Positions 1 to 12,800 of a DNA stretch of 64,000 bases are shown here, piece after piece (the first letter of the stretch is position 1; each line of letters starts with the position of its first letter). This DNA is from Octopus sinensis. Its lineage: Eukaryota. The stretch lies in assembly GCF_006345805.1 (NCBI RefSeq), contig NC_043000.1, positions 154,194,001 to 154,258,000 of the forward strand, written 5' to 3'. A program made the position numbers and the translations under genes. The notes under the pieces are model-generated. The model was not told the origin of the DNA and did not search any database. It saw only the letters and a program-made list of their open reading frames with translations.

Positions 1-250
1 CGTCGTATATATGTATATATATATATATGCGTGTGTGTGTTTGTGTGTCTGTGTTTGTCCCCCTAGCATTGCTTGACAACCGATGCTGGTGTGTTTACGT
101 CCCCGTTACTTAGCGGTTCGGCAAAAGAGACCGATAGAATAAGTACTGGGCTTACAAAAGAATAAGTCCCGGGGTCAAGTTGCTCGACTAAAGGTGGTGC
201 TCCAGCATGGCCGCAGTCAAATGACTGAAACAAGTAAAAAGAGAGAGTAT
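1..250 (+). mobile_element. SINE family 1 (tRNA head, internal (TA/CA)n, AAGAGT tail), 3' part
   Basis: Matches the roughly 400-bp family seen about 15 times in the window. Confidence 0.88.
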
Positions 251-308
251 ACTAAGTTGTTGGATAACCACACTTCTGACTTCAATTGTAAATTATTACT
301 ATTATCAG

Positions 309-420
309 ACATTCGACCAATTCCTTGCTTCCAAGTTTACCACCGTCAAAAGATATGGAGGAGAAGGTTGTGAAAGTATGATGGCAGCTTTTGATGAAAT
401 CTTTTCTAGATCATCCAATT
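309..420 (+). CDS. DHTKD1: DHTKD1 exon A ([37 protein letters not shown])
   Basis: tatcag acceptor, gtaagt donor at 421; 112 nt, ends in phase 1. Confidence 0.93.
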
Positions 421-3400
421 GTAAGTTTTACTGTTTCTTACTTTTAATATTTTTGACCGTTCAAAAGCAATAATATTCATTTTGGTCCTGCCATTACTGC
501 TCTGAGAATTTGTCTTTTCAAAGGAAAAACGTCCAAAATTGTTATTAATTCAGTTTACTAGTAACATACCTCTATACTTCTGGCCATTTTGTGAATTGAA
601 ATGGAAATGATAAATCATAGCTTAATTGGCATGGCTATGCTGATTAAGAAACTTGCTTTGCAAACACATAATGTTTGGCAAGGGAGTTCTACCATAGTCT
701 CAGGCCAACCAATGCTTTGTGAGTGAATTTCAGAGATGGAAACTGTGTGGAAGCCTTTTGCATATCTGTATATGTATGTGTCATTGTCTCTTCTGCCACC
801 ATTTTGCAACTGAGAGTGGTTTGTTTACATCCCTGAAACATAATGATTTTGGCAATAGAGGCCAAAAGAATAGATACTAAACTTGACAAAATAAGTACTG
901 TGGTCGATTTGTTCTACTAAACCCTTCAAAACAGTGCCCCAGTATGGCCACAGTTCAATGATGGAAACAAGTAAATGATAAGGCGGTGAACTGGCAGAAA
1001 TGTTAGCACACCGGACAAAATGCTTATTGGTATTTCATCTGTGTTACGTTGTGAGTTCAAATTCCGCCGAGGTCGACTTTGCCTTTCATCCTTTCGGGGT
1101 CGATAAATTAAGGACCAGTTACGCATTGAGGTCGATGTAATCGACTTAATACCTACGTCTGTCCTTGTTTGTCCTCTCTATGTTTAGCCCCCTGTGGGAA
1201 ATAAAGAAATAGGTATTTCATCTGCCGTTACGTCCTGAGTTTAAATTCTGCCGAGGTCGACTTTGCCTTTCATCCTTTCAGGGTTGATAAATTAAGTACC
1301 AGTTACACACTGGGGTCGATGTAATCGACTTAATCCGTTTGTCTGTCCTTGTTTGTCACCCCCTATGTTTAGCCTCTTGTGGGCAATAAAGAAATAGGAA
1401 ACAAGTAAATGATAAAAGATAAATTACAGTAAATTTTAAATTGCAATGCTTTTCTTTCAGATGGTGTCACAGACGTAGTCATGTGTATGCCCCATCGTGG
1501 TCGGCTTAACTTTCTGACTACAATGCTGGATTTCCCTCCTGTTCGTATGTTCCGAAAGGTATGTTTTTACATTTTTGCCACAGATTACTTCTTTTACTTC
1601 TACCTAAAGTGCCTTTTGGTAGAGAAATTTGTCTATTTGGCGATGTTTCGCTTGTCGTAGCACACGTTTCCGTCAATTTCCTCCGTCGATTTCCGTAAAA
1701 AATGTATACACTGAATCGGCCATACATACACACACACATACATACACACACACACATACATGCAGACATACATATACACATACACCGAGTAAAAAATTTC
1801 AGTTATCTCTTTCTTTCACACATTACTCTCTCTGTCTCTTCACACACACTAACAGAAGCACTTCACTTACACAACATACTGTCTGTCTCCCACACCCCAT
1901 CAAACACACACACGGGGACTTCAAAAAGAAATTCCCTTGTCATAAAATCGCTTCTTCTTAGTCTCTTTCGCTCTCATTACTTCAAATATTCCCGCAAAGC
2001 CATATGTAAAAAAATAAAAGTTTTTTACGGAAATCGACGGAAACGTGTGCTACGACAACCGAAACTTCGCCGTCTATTTTTTTAAAAATTAAAACTGGTG
2101 ATGATATAAGTCCTATTAAGCAATTTGGTTTACAAGAACCCTATTTTCTTTTATAAAGTATACGTAGGGAACACCATCTTAGCAGGGTTTGTTAAACATC
2201 TCATTTTAAGCTTTAGTCTTAACGGAAGTTGAACTTAGTATAACAAAATAATAAAATTTGTGTTGGTCATATAAGCCCTTACATTGAAAAACTTTCACTT
2301 ATCCATGATATTTATATGTATACATGTCTGTTACATATACTCTTGTAAAAGCGTCCCCAAAGTCCATCCCCTCCTCACCGTGGTGGGGGCGCTGGCAACG
2401 GGTAGTGTCAGAGCTATGCCATTGGGAACTTCGGTTCCTGGCAGAGCCACCCAAGGCGGATTGGTCCAACACCGAGTAGTATTAGGGCCACAACCTGGCA
2501 GACAGGGCTCTGGTGAAAATCCTCGGAGTGTCTGTTTCGGCAACTGGCGGCTCTTCGGTCGTTCTGTCCCTGTGTCTGTGGACAATCTGCAGCAAACAGG
2601 ATGTCTCTACATGCGGTATTGTTGGGGACCACTTGTAAAATTCATACTCCCACGAAACTTCTTCCACTGCCATGGTTTGAGATACCTCGAGGGTGGTGGA
2701 AGAAGCCGACTCAACCCGCCCAGGGTGAATGTCGCCACAAGTACAAGTAAGTACACTTGTAAAATAACATTGCTGAGCCTTCCTGGACTAGTCTTGAAAT
2801 ATTTGAACAAGAAGAAGAAATAAGATTGTTTGACATTATCTGGAGTGACATCAGCTTCTTGTACCTTGCTGCGTATTTGTGTTTTCTCTACTATAATTTC
2901 AAATAGCTGTATACTTTACATATTTCAAAGTTTACATGCTATGTACCTGTACATTTGTAATAAATAATAATAATAATGAAATTATTGTGTACAGTGCTCA
3001 GGTACACCACAACTTGTCAAAAGTGCGTATAAAGCATGTGCAGTAATGTACAAATGTCTGGAAAGTGAACAGTGTATGAGTCAGATACATGCTTGTATGT
3101 GTATGGAGGGGAGAAAATCAGGTGTAGTGTTGGCGAATCTCAGGAAGCATGGACGTTTTGAAGGATGCAGTGCTCCGACAACTAACAACTGATGCCGGCA
3201 GTTTGTTCCATGCTTCAGCAACTCTCAGCGTGAAAAAATGTTTCCTGAAGTCATGGGAGCTGTGCTATTTTCTGACTTTGTAAACATGTCCACGGGTGTT
3301 AGAGAGGTGGAGTCTGAAAAGGTGCTCAGAGTTATTGTTTGTAAGATTGTTAATAATTTTATGGGTGTCTGCCAAGTCAGCTGCCAGATGTCGGAGTTTC

Positions 3401-6400
3401 AATGTATCTATGCCCAGGGAAGTAAGGCGTTCAGAATATGGCAAATGCCTGATGGAGGGTATTCTCTTGCGTCAACATTGGTACAGTGCTGTTTGGGATA
3501 TGATTATTATTATCATCATTATTATATGCTTTCCATGCTGGCATGGATTGTACAAGTTGTTGTGGTCTGAATCAAGGGACCATGTCTTGCTCATATATTT
3601 CAATTTTTGATAGGGTCTTTATAGGCATATTCTCTTCCTAAAGTCAGTGTCTAGTAAAAAAAAATTGGCTGAATTAGTAATTCTCAGTGTTAAGTCATAT
3701 ATAAACTAAAGTTTTCTTTTTTTTCATATTTTAATATACCTGACATTCATAAATTATTCTCTTATAGATGAAAGGTCTGACAGAGTTACCTCCTATGGCC
3801 AAGGGTAGTGGTGATGTTTTATCACATTTATGTAAGTGTTAAATTCCTTAATTTTCTGGGGTTTTTTTTTTCATCTTTATATATAAAAGTGAAGTTGTGT
3901 GTCTGTCTCCTATGATTTAGATTCCTAACTACTCCCACATTTTGCGGTGCAGTTTAACCAAAACCGGGTATCTTACAGTCGTGATTCATATCGAGCCCTT
4001 CTGGGTATTAGCGCACGTCTACGATGAGTCTACGATTTAAAAAAAAATTTGCCATAATTTTTTCCCATTTTTAATGCATTTTTTTTGCTATTATATAAGG
4101 GAAGTAACTCTCTAAAAATGCTTATATAGTTATTTCCCTTACAAACCAGAGCAACGCCGGGCGATACTGCTAGTTTTATATATAGACATACGTAAATAAG
4201 ACTTTTGAATTTATATGTCTATGTAAATGTTGTTTTTATCTATACCCAGATAAAGGTCTCTTTTAGCTACTACTGGTTCCTAGTAACCCTGGGAATCTGT
4301 CAGGTGGTCTGGACAACTAAATCAGCCCTTTTTCCACCAGTTAAGTGGAAGAAGCGTGTGTGTGGACACTGAGGAGGTTTAACAATAAAAGCTAACAAAG
4401 GATGGAAGAATGTGTCCAGGAGAAGACAAATTACCTATTGAAACATGCATTGTTATACATCTCCTGTGTGAAACTTTGTGTGAAACTTTATGTGGTCACT
4501 CAACAGGTTAGATATAACAGCCAAATCTCTCAAATCATACTTTACTGCCTTAAAGAAAGGAGAAGGATGCTTTATATAATGTAGTCTTATAGATTCTTAC
4601 AAAACAGGATGATCATGGCTGGAGTGCCTTTAACTATAAATTTGCCTAATTATGGCTGACCTGGAGTTAAACAACATTTTCAGCCTGTATAACTTTTGAG
4701 GAGTACACTGAGAATAACACAGAAAAGACTTATAATGGGCATGAAGGTTTAGATACCTGTGGAGTATCTCCTTTTCCATTATAATTGTTTTGTAGTTTCA
4801 AGGTGCTGGCTCCTTAGTACATCACATGGTCGATACAATAAATATAAATAGAACAATGCAAATATGTGCCAGAGAGAAATAAGAGACTCAACCGGGTAGA
4901 ATTTTTAAGAGAAGATTTATTGATATGTTAACGTGTGATTTTGTGTGCATCATATATACAGGCTGTCATAAGAATAATATGTGTGCGTGTGTATGTAGGC
5001 ATAGACGTATGTGTGTTAAGAACATATAAGGATGGCGATGAAGAAGAGACAGTGAAAGAGTCTGTAGCCATCGAAGTGCGGAGTAAGTTCATAGACACAA
5101 GAATGAAAAGTACTAGTTCGTAGTCAGTGGTACATGATAGTTGAAATACTGATCAAGAAGTTGCGGTGATGATACAGAGCTGGTTGTGGTACTTGTTGTA
5201 CGTGAAGTTGTGGCTGTGATGCTGCTGCCTGGGTCACTTGGTACAGGAGTTCTCGCAGGTTGTATATTCGCTTTTGATTCGTGGTGAGGTAATTCACGAA
5301 CAGTGCAGTGCTGTAACCAGGGCGAGTACATAGCGAGATGTTGACATTAGGACAAATGGTGGCGACGGAAATGGAGGTCACCGTAATGCTGTTGGACGAA
5401 ATTGATGAGTCCCACGTGGCTGCTGTTGTGTTGTCGCTGGAACTGGCGGTGTCTTGTGTGGTCAGTGACCAAACCTTAAAAAATCTGAAACTAAAGACAT
5501 TGAAACAAGGAAAAGTTAGGTTTTTTTATAAGGAGCTGTAGCTCAGCTGAGGTAGAAAACAGTATGTCACACATGACCTTATTTGAAGGCTGCGATTGGT
5601 TGGGTTGCTTATTGGCGTGCGATAGAGCAAGAGACAAATTGCACCAATACCAACCAATCAGAGTAGTAGACACAACAGGGTCCAAATTGCAGCCACAGGC
5701 TAGCTGTTATTTACTACGTTCGTATGTATGTATATATAATAGAGAGGAGAGGAATTTCACTCAAGTGTATGCTACAGATAGAAACTTAAAAAGACTGAGT
5801 AGTTGAAACACAAAAGATTAGAGTCCAGTGCGTATAACACTTCAGTGACTGATGTGGTTGAATCTAAAAGTAAAAGAATGGAAATCTTAAAACTACAAGC
5901 TATTAGACTAACACTTGGATGCATATCCATTCAAGCTTGTCTGCCAAGAATATTAGAATTGTTTTATATTTGAACCAAACAAATTGATAGTTAGTAACTG
6001 CAGTTACGCTTACTGATTTCTCTGTTTTCAGACACATCACAAGATCTGAAATATGGTGATAATACTGTTCATGTGTCTTTGATTCCTAATCCATCTCATT
6101 TAGAGGTAAGTTCAAAGTATCATATGGCACAGGTTTGTTCATTCATTTTATGTCCATTTTTCCATGTTCGTTTAGAGTGAACGAATACTACACTCTCGGA
6201 GTGGTTGGCGTTAGGAAGGGCATCGAGCTGTAGAAACTCTGTCAGATCAGATTGGAGCCTGGTGCAGCCATCTGGTTTGCCAGGCCTCAGTCAAATTGTC
6301 CAACCCATGCTAGCATGGAAAGAGGACGTTAAACGATGATGATGATGATGATGATGAATACATATTGAGACATTGTTTTTAGAACCAGATGCTCTTCCTG

Positions 6401-9400
6401 TTGCTTAACCTCATCTGTTTTTCAAATGAGGAACATTTTTATACTAGTCATCTTAGAAAGCACAGAGATATGGGTTGATTCATAAGCAAGGTTTGTCAAC
6501 AAATGTCACCACTTTTTGCTCATTACTCTCCATGGTAAGTTGCAGAATGTAAGCACACACACATGCATACACAGAGCCCTGTCCATTTAGCCATCAGGGT
6601 GGCATTCATTCAAAAGCTACATCAATGCAAGGAAGCACATTGTGACCAATGGTATATAAGAACAGATATTCTGGTTGATACAGTGAAATATCTTTACACA
6701 TACAATGGACTTCTGTATAGTTTTCGTCTGTCACTTTCACTCACAAAGTATTACTCTGCCTAAAGTGCCATACAGTGAAATAGAACTCAAGACTATATGC
6801 TAACAAATAAAGTCCTTATCCACATAGCCATGCCTGCACCTATGCTATGCCTTCTACTGCCCACAAGGGGCTAAACAGAGGGGACAAACAAGGACAGACA
6901 AAGGGATTAAGTAAATTACATCGACCCCAGTGTGAAACTGGTGCTTTATTTATCGACCCCGAAAGGATGAAAGGCAAAGTTGACCTTGGTGGAATTTGAA
7001 CTCAGAACTTAACGACAGACGAAATACTGCTGAGCATTTCGCCCAGCACGCTAACGTTTCTGCCAGCTTGCCGCCTTCAAATGCCATTTACTTTATAGCC
7101 TGATGCATGCACATTGTATGAATGAATTTCCAATAATAATGATGATGATGATTTATAACTTGATAAATATCATCACTTAAATGAATACTGTATCATACTT
7201 ATTGTATCATATTTATTGACTGTGTGTTTCTCTAAAAATGTGTGGGTTTGTGCCTGAAAAATTATTATTATTAGAAAACACAGTGATTGGTGGAATCAAC
7301 AGAGTACCAGTTAGAATGCAATATTTAGTAATATCTTCAAGTTCTAACTTCGCGAGAATCAAATTTGCCTTTTGTGCAGCTGGTAATTTTATAAATAAAT
7401 TCTAGTCAAATAAATGGGTTGATCTAATTAATTATACTATCCCCCTGAAATTGGTACCTTTATACCTCTGTTAAAAACTATTGTTATCATGTAAATGGTG
7501 GAGGGGTAAATTGGTTGAGCATCAGATAAAAATATCATGTGAAATTTATTTGTATCTCAGATACCATAGAGGCCAGCATAACCTCTTCCATTGAAGCACT
7601 CTACCAATGTGTGATCTTGTTTCAGTATTGAAATCATAATTTCTTTTGGGGCAAAATTCTTTACAGTATTTAGTAAGAGATGAAATGAAGTCCTGTCAAG
7701 TTCTAGTGTTGATTTAATTGGCTAATCCCATCTGTTTAGCTTTTTGTTCTTGTAGGCGCAGGAGTGGCTGTGTGGTAAGTAGCTTGCTAACCAACCACAT
7801 GGTTCCGGGTTCAGTCCCACTGCGTGGCATCTTGGGCAAGTGTCTTCTGCTATAGCCCCGGGCCGACCAATGCCTTGTGAGTGGATTTGGTAGACAGAAA
7901 CTGAAAGAAGCCTGTCGTATGTATGTATATATATATATATGTGTGTGTGTCTGTGTTTGTCCCCCTAGCATTGCTTGACAACTGATGCTGGTGTGTTTAT
8001 GTCCCTGTTACTTAGCGGCTTGGCAAAAGAGACTGATAGAATAAGTACTGGGCTTACAAAAAGAATAAGTCCCGGGGTCGAGTTGCTCGATTAAAGGCGG
8101 TGCTCCAGCATGACTGCAGTCAAATGACTGAAACAAGTAAAAGAGTAAATAGAGAGTACCTATGTTAGAAATTACTATTAGTATTATTATTTCCTTTTGT
8201 CATAAGAATAATGTTTGTTCTATTTAACAGGCTAATAATCCTGTGGCTGTGGGCAAGGCACGTGCAAAGATACAATCCCTGAAGATCGGAGACTATGGTC
8301 ATGACAGTGATACTCAAAATAAAGATGTACTTTGTTTCCAAGTACACGGTGATGCTTCCTTCTCTGCTCAGGTACTTATAGTTTTATTTTTGATCTGTTG
8401 CTTTTTCATCTCATTGTAAATATTTCTTCACCTTTTAAAGTCATATTACATTCATCTAATTAGCAGCTCTTCACTCTCCAACGCCCAAGCTATGTCTTTT
8501 ATATCTCCTCTGTTGCTATTGCACCAGTCCCTGCTCCCCTAGACCTGTAGACTGTATACCACATCAATCTTATGCAACTTTTCTGGACGGTCTTCTTGTT
8601 TAAGTTGGTGAATGCTGCCATAATCCTTGCCTTCAGTTCATCTTTGGTGTTACAAGGAGTTTTGTTGGTCTCTCACTCCACTGCACCCCACACATAATAA
8701 TCAAGGTGGTTGCAGTCTGGGGAGTTAGGTGGCCAAATGTTAGGAGTGAGGTGGTTGCAGAAATTGTCTGACAGCCATGACTGGATTCTCCTGCATGTGT
8801 GGCACAATGCAGAGTCCTGTTGCCAGACACAGGGTCTTCCAACAGCCACCCTCTTGACCCAGGGCAGCACTGCTTCCTCCCAAGCACATGATGTAGGCCT
8901 CCATGTTGAGTCTGAGAAGATGTTGAGTCTGGGAAGATGAATGGAAGCATAACATCACCATCACTAGTGATCATTCAAAACACCTTGATGTTGACTGAAT
9001 GTTTGATTTTTATCACTCTTGGTACATGTCTCAGATTGACATCCAAACACTCTAAAATGTTTGTATTGCATGTAAAAAACACTCACTACACTCTTGAAGT
9101 GGTTGGCATCAGGAAAGGCATCCAACTGTAGAAACCATGGCAAATCAGATTGTAACCTGGTGGAGTTTACCAGTTTTCAGTCAAACCATCCAACCCGTGC
9201 CAGAATGGAAAATGGATGTTAAATGATGATGATGATGATGATATATACTATTAATATTTAGCAGAAGCAACAGAGTGGTTCAAGGGTCAAGAGTTTCTGC
9301 TGATGCACAAAACTCCCAGCCCTTGAGTCTCTCTGTTGCTTCTGCTAAGTATTAATAAAGAATATACATATTCTCTTATTTTGAGTTCTGTTTTTCCTGT

Positions 9401-9844
9401 TTGCATCACTAAGGACTTTCTGTTTCTTATTCTACTATATATATATATATATATAGGCGCAGGAGTGGCTGTGTGGTAAGTAGCTTGCTAACCAACCACA
9501 TGGTTGCGGGTTCAGTCCTACTGCGTGGCATCTTGGGCAAGTGTCTTCTGCTATAGCCCCGAGCCGACCAATGCCATGTGAGTGGATTTGGTAGACGGAA
9601 ACTGAAAGAAGCCTGTCGTATATATGTATATATGTGTGTGTGTGTCTGTGTTTGTCCTCCTAGCATTGCTTGACAACCGATGCTGGTGTGTTTACGTCCC
9701 CGTCACTTAGCGGTTCGGCAAAAGAGACCGATAGAATAAGTACTGGGCTTACAAAGAATAAGTCCCGGGGTCGATTTGATCGACTAAAGGCGGTGCTCCA
9801 GCATGGCCACTGTCAAATGTCTGAAACAAGTAAAAAAGTAAAGA

Positions 9845-9899
<55 letters not shown>

Positions 9900-12800
9900 T
9901 GTACCTTTTCTCCAGGGTATTCTATTAGCTGTGTGATAGGAATGAGACTTAAAGTTTGACATTGAAACTAGGGCACTGACTTGGTTTACTAAGAACTTAA
10001 CCAACTCTTCATAGAATATGCTTTCTATGTTATTTTGGAAACTTCTAATTTCCATTTACTGTGCTCTATTTAACTTGCCCATATCTTATTGTCGCATATT
10101 GAGCAACGTCCCGTCACTGGAATTCACCAAATAGTTTGTGTGCCTTGATATGAAAAGAATTGTAAAATATTTGGAGCAAGGAACCTCATCAGAGAAGAAA
10201 TTCACTGTTGTTGAAATGCTATTTGCTGAGGTAGACCAACACCAGTCTTCTCAAATTGGAGCTTTTCACTTTTCTATCCCCAATAGAGTCTTTAACCCAA
10301 AACGGCCACTTTTCAATGGGGATTTGGATAATTGGCTATGTTTATATGAAAAAAGAAGGCTACCATCATCAATATTGGCATCATCATCATCACCATCTCC
10401 AATATCCTCTTCACTGTTATCAAGCTTATTATTATTTTGTGCTTTCATTACAATTTCAGGGTATTATCAGTGAAACCTTCAGTTTTGCTGAGTGTGCACA
10501 TTTCTCTGTTGGTGGCAGCATACATCTGATAGTTAATAACCAAATTGGTTTCACAACTGAAGCTGAAAGAGGAAGGTGAGTCCATGTAAATTTTCAATGA
10601 CCTTAATTAGTATATAACTATAATCGCTAAAAAAATTTCAAGTGTTGAAATCTTACCCATGGCTTGAGTTTGAATCAAACCTTTACTTCATACAAGGTTC
10701 CAAATGGCTATGATTCTGTAAGGCAGATATTTATGAGTATAGTTGAACTTTTGTCAAAGACCATTCATTTGTGTTCATGAGCAAGGCACATAATTCTGCT
10801 TTCCTCAGTATGTGTGACTGACTTCTTACTTTACTACTAAGTGTTTATTATTAAGAAAGACATCTATTTGTAAAAGTACTTAATGTCTTGCAAACAACTT
10901 GCACATGCAAGTGCTACCAGTTAAAAGCTCCATATACCGGAAGCTAGCAAGTGTATGGGGTCATCAGGAGAGAATGCGTGCCGTTTTGGGGCCTACCTCT
11001 CGACGGCATCAATGCGCACCAGCCCCCCTCACTGATATGAGGCCCCGCTTGCTAGATCAGCTGGTTATGAAGAACTCAATATACTTCTATCCATCGCTCA
11101 TCGTCTCTTTTTAACCAAATCCAGTGGCTAGCCTTCTCCACTGTAGATTGGATATCAGTCATGGTGATATACAGAAGATTATATACTTTTCAGATGCAGT
11201 ACAGTAGGTGAAAGTCTATGGCCTAGCGGTGAAGGTGTTGGACTCATGATCACAAGGTCATGGGTGCAAATTCCCAGATTAGGTGGCATGGTGTGTCCCT
11301 TAGCAAAGCATTTCAGTTCATGTTGCTCTAGCCTACCAGCCGTCTCCATCTACCTGTCTCATTCTAGATGTTCTGCTGAGTTATGGGTGAAACGGTCAAG
11401 AGGGTGTTTGTGTCTGCTAGTAACTACATGAGCAACTGAAACAATTAGTAGAAGCGTGGTGCATGCTACTAAGTCATTCTAGCTCACAGGTGACATACAT
11501 GGAGTTTTGGACATATTAGTGGTATGTGCTGAGGTAACCAGGAACAGTATGTGATGGGGTTGTATCAGCATAGATATTCAAGTCTATGTAATCATTCTTG
11601 AGCTGTGCACCATCATGGATGCAGAAAGAAAAAGTATGCAACTAACTGCTCAGAAACAAGCCATATGGAACAAATTTTTTAAAGGCAAAAGCTTGACAAA
11701 ATTCAGCCAAAAGTAAATGCAGAATCTGTGGAAAAGGAAACAAAAGTATTAATCATCTCTTTACTTAATGCAGTAAGCTAGCACAAAAAGAGTGTAAACA
11801 TAGGTGTACTGTGTCAGTAAGAAAGTACATTGGGATGTTAGCTGAGTGAGGATAAAGTGATAGAAAAGTGGCATGAACCCAAGCCAGAGGCTGTGATGGT
11901 GAATAATAATTACAGAATTTTATGGGATTTTCCATAAAAACTGGCCATACTGTTGATGCGAGATGATCAGATATGATTGTAGAGGATATAAAAAATAGTG
12001 TAAGATCATAGACTTTACAATACTATATAATAATAGAGTAGTTACCAAAGAAATTGAAAAATACCAGGATCTAGCCATAGAGATTAAGAGATTGTGGAAC
12101 ACAATAGGTAGCATCTGTTCTTGTTATTAGTGGTGCACTTGGCACAAAATTCAGACAACTACCAAAGAGATTGAAGGTTACTGGAATTGAAACCTACAGA
12201 AAAGTGCTGTCCTGTATTTTATAAGGACCCCAAGGAAGATGCTTGAGTCTTGAGACTTGTCACTTAACCTCAAGATAACATCCCTTCTAACTAAAGTAAC
12301 ATGTAATACTTTCTAATAATAAATTTCTTTCGAGTGTTTTACTAAATATCTACTCCTCTAATCTTTTGTCAATTGTGATGAAAATAAGCCAGCTTGATTG
12401 ATTGTGGTTTCTTTTTTTGTAGCTCACTTTTCTGTGTATATTTAGGAATCAGTAAAATTAGCTACAACAATATATTATGGCTTGGTGGTTGTTCAATTTA
12501 GTTGACTGTATTCACCAGCCTGATGAAGTTACCTTCATACTTTCTGAAAAGAAATAATTTTATTTATTTTCCATTCTAATTGCATATTAAGACTCAGGAA
12601 TGTATTTAAAATGTGTCTTCTCTGTATTCTTATTCTTCCAGGTCTTCCAGGTATTGCTCAGACCAGGCAAAAATAAATGGTTACCCTGTTCTTCATGTGA
12701 ATGCTGATGACCCAAAAGTATGTACTGCAATGTCTGATCATATTTTGTTTACATGTACTCAAAACCCTTATCCATATATAGACAATAGCACCGCCCCGAC

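Noticed and set aside
7754-7830. tRNA-like heads with A/B boxes (also at 9455, 26380, 33800, 61920 and others)
   Set aside because: They lack a full cloverleaf and continue directly into multicopy SINE bodies, so they are SINE heads, not tRNA genes.
7714-7971. Recurrent 60-130 aa ORFs such as [10 protein letters not shown]... and [23 protein letters not shown]...
   Set aside because: They are translations of SINE/RTE consensus and microsatellites, not a gene family.
10990-11080. Possible hammerhead ribozyme (cactgatatgagg...gaa)
   Set aside because: The CUGANGA core is not canonical and no helices I-III could be drawn.
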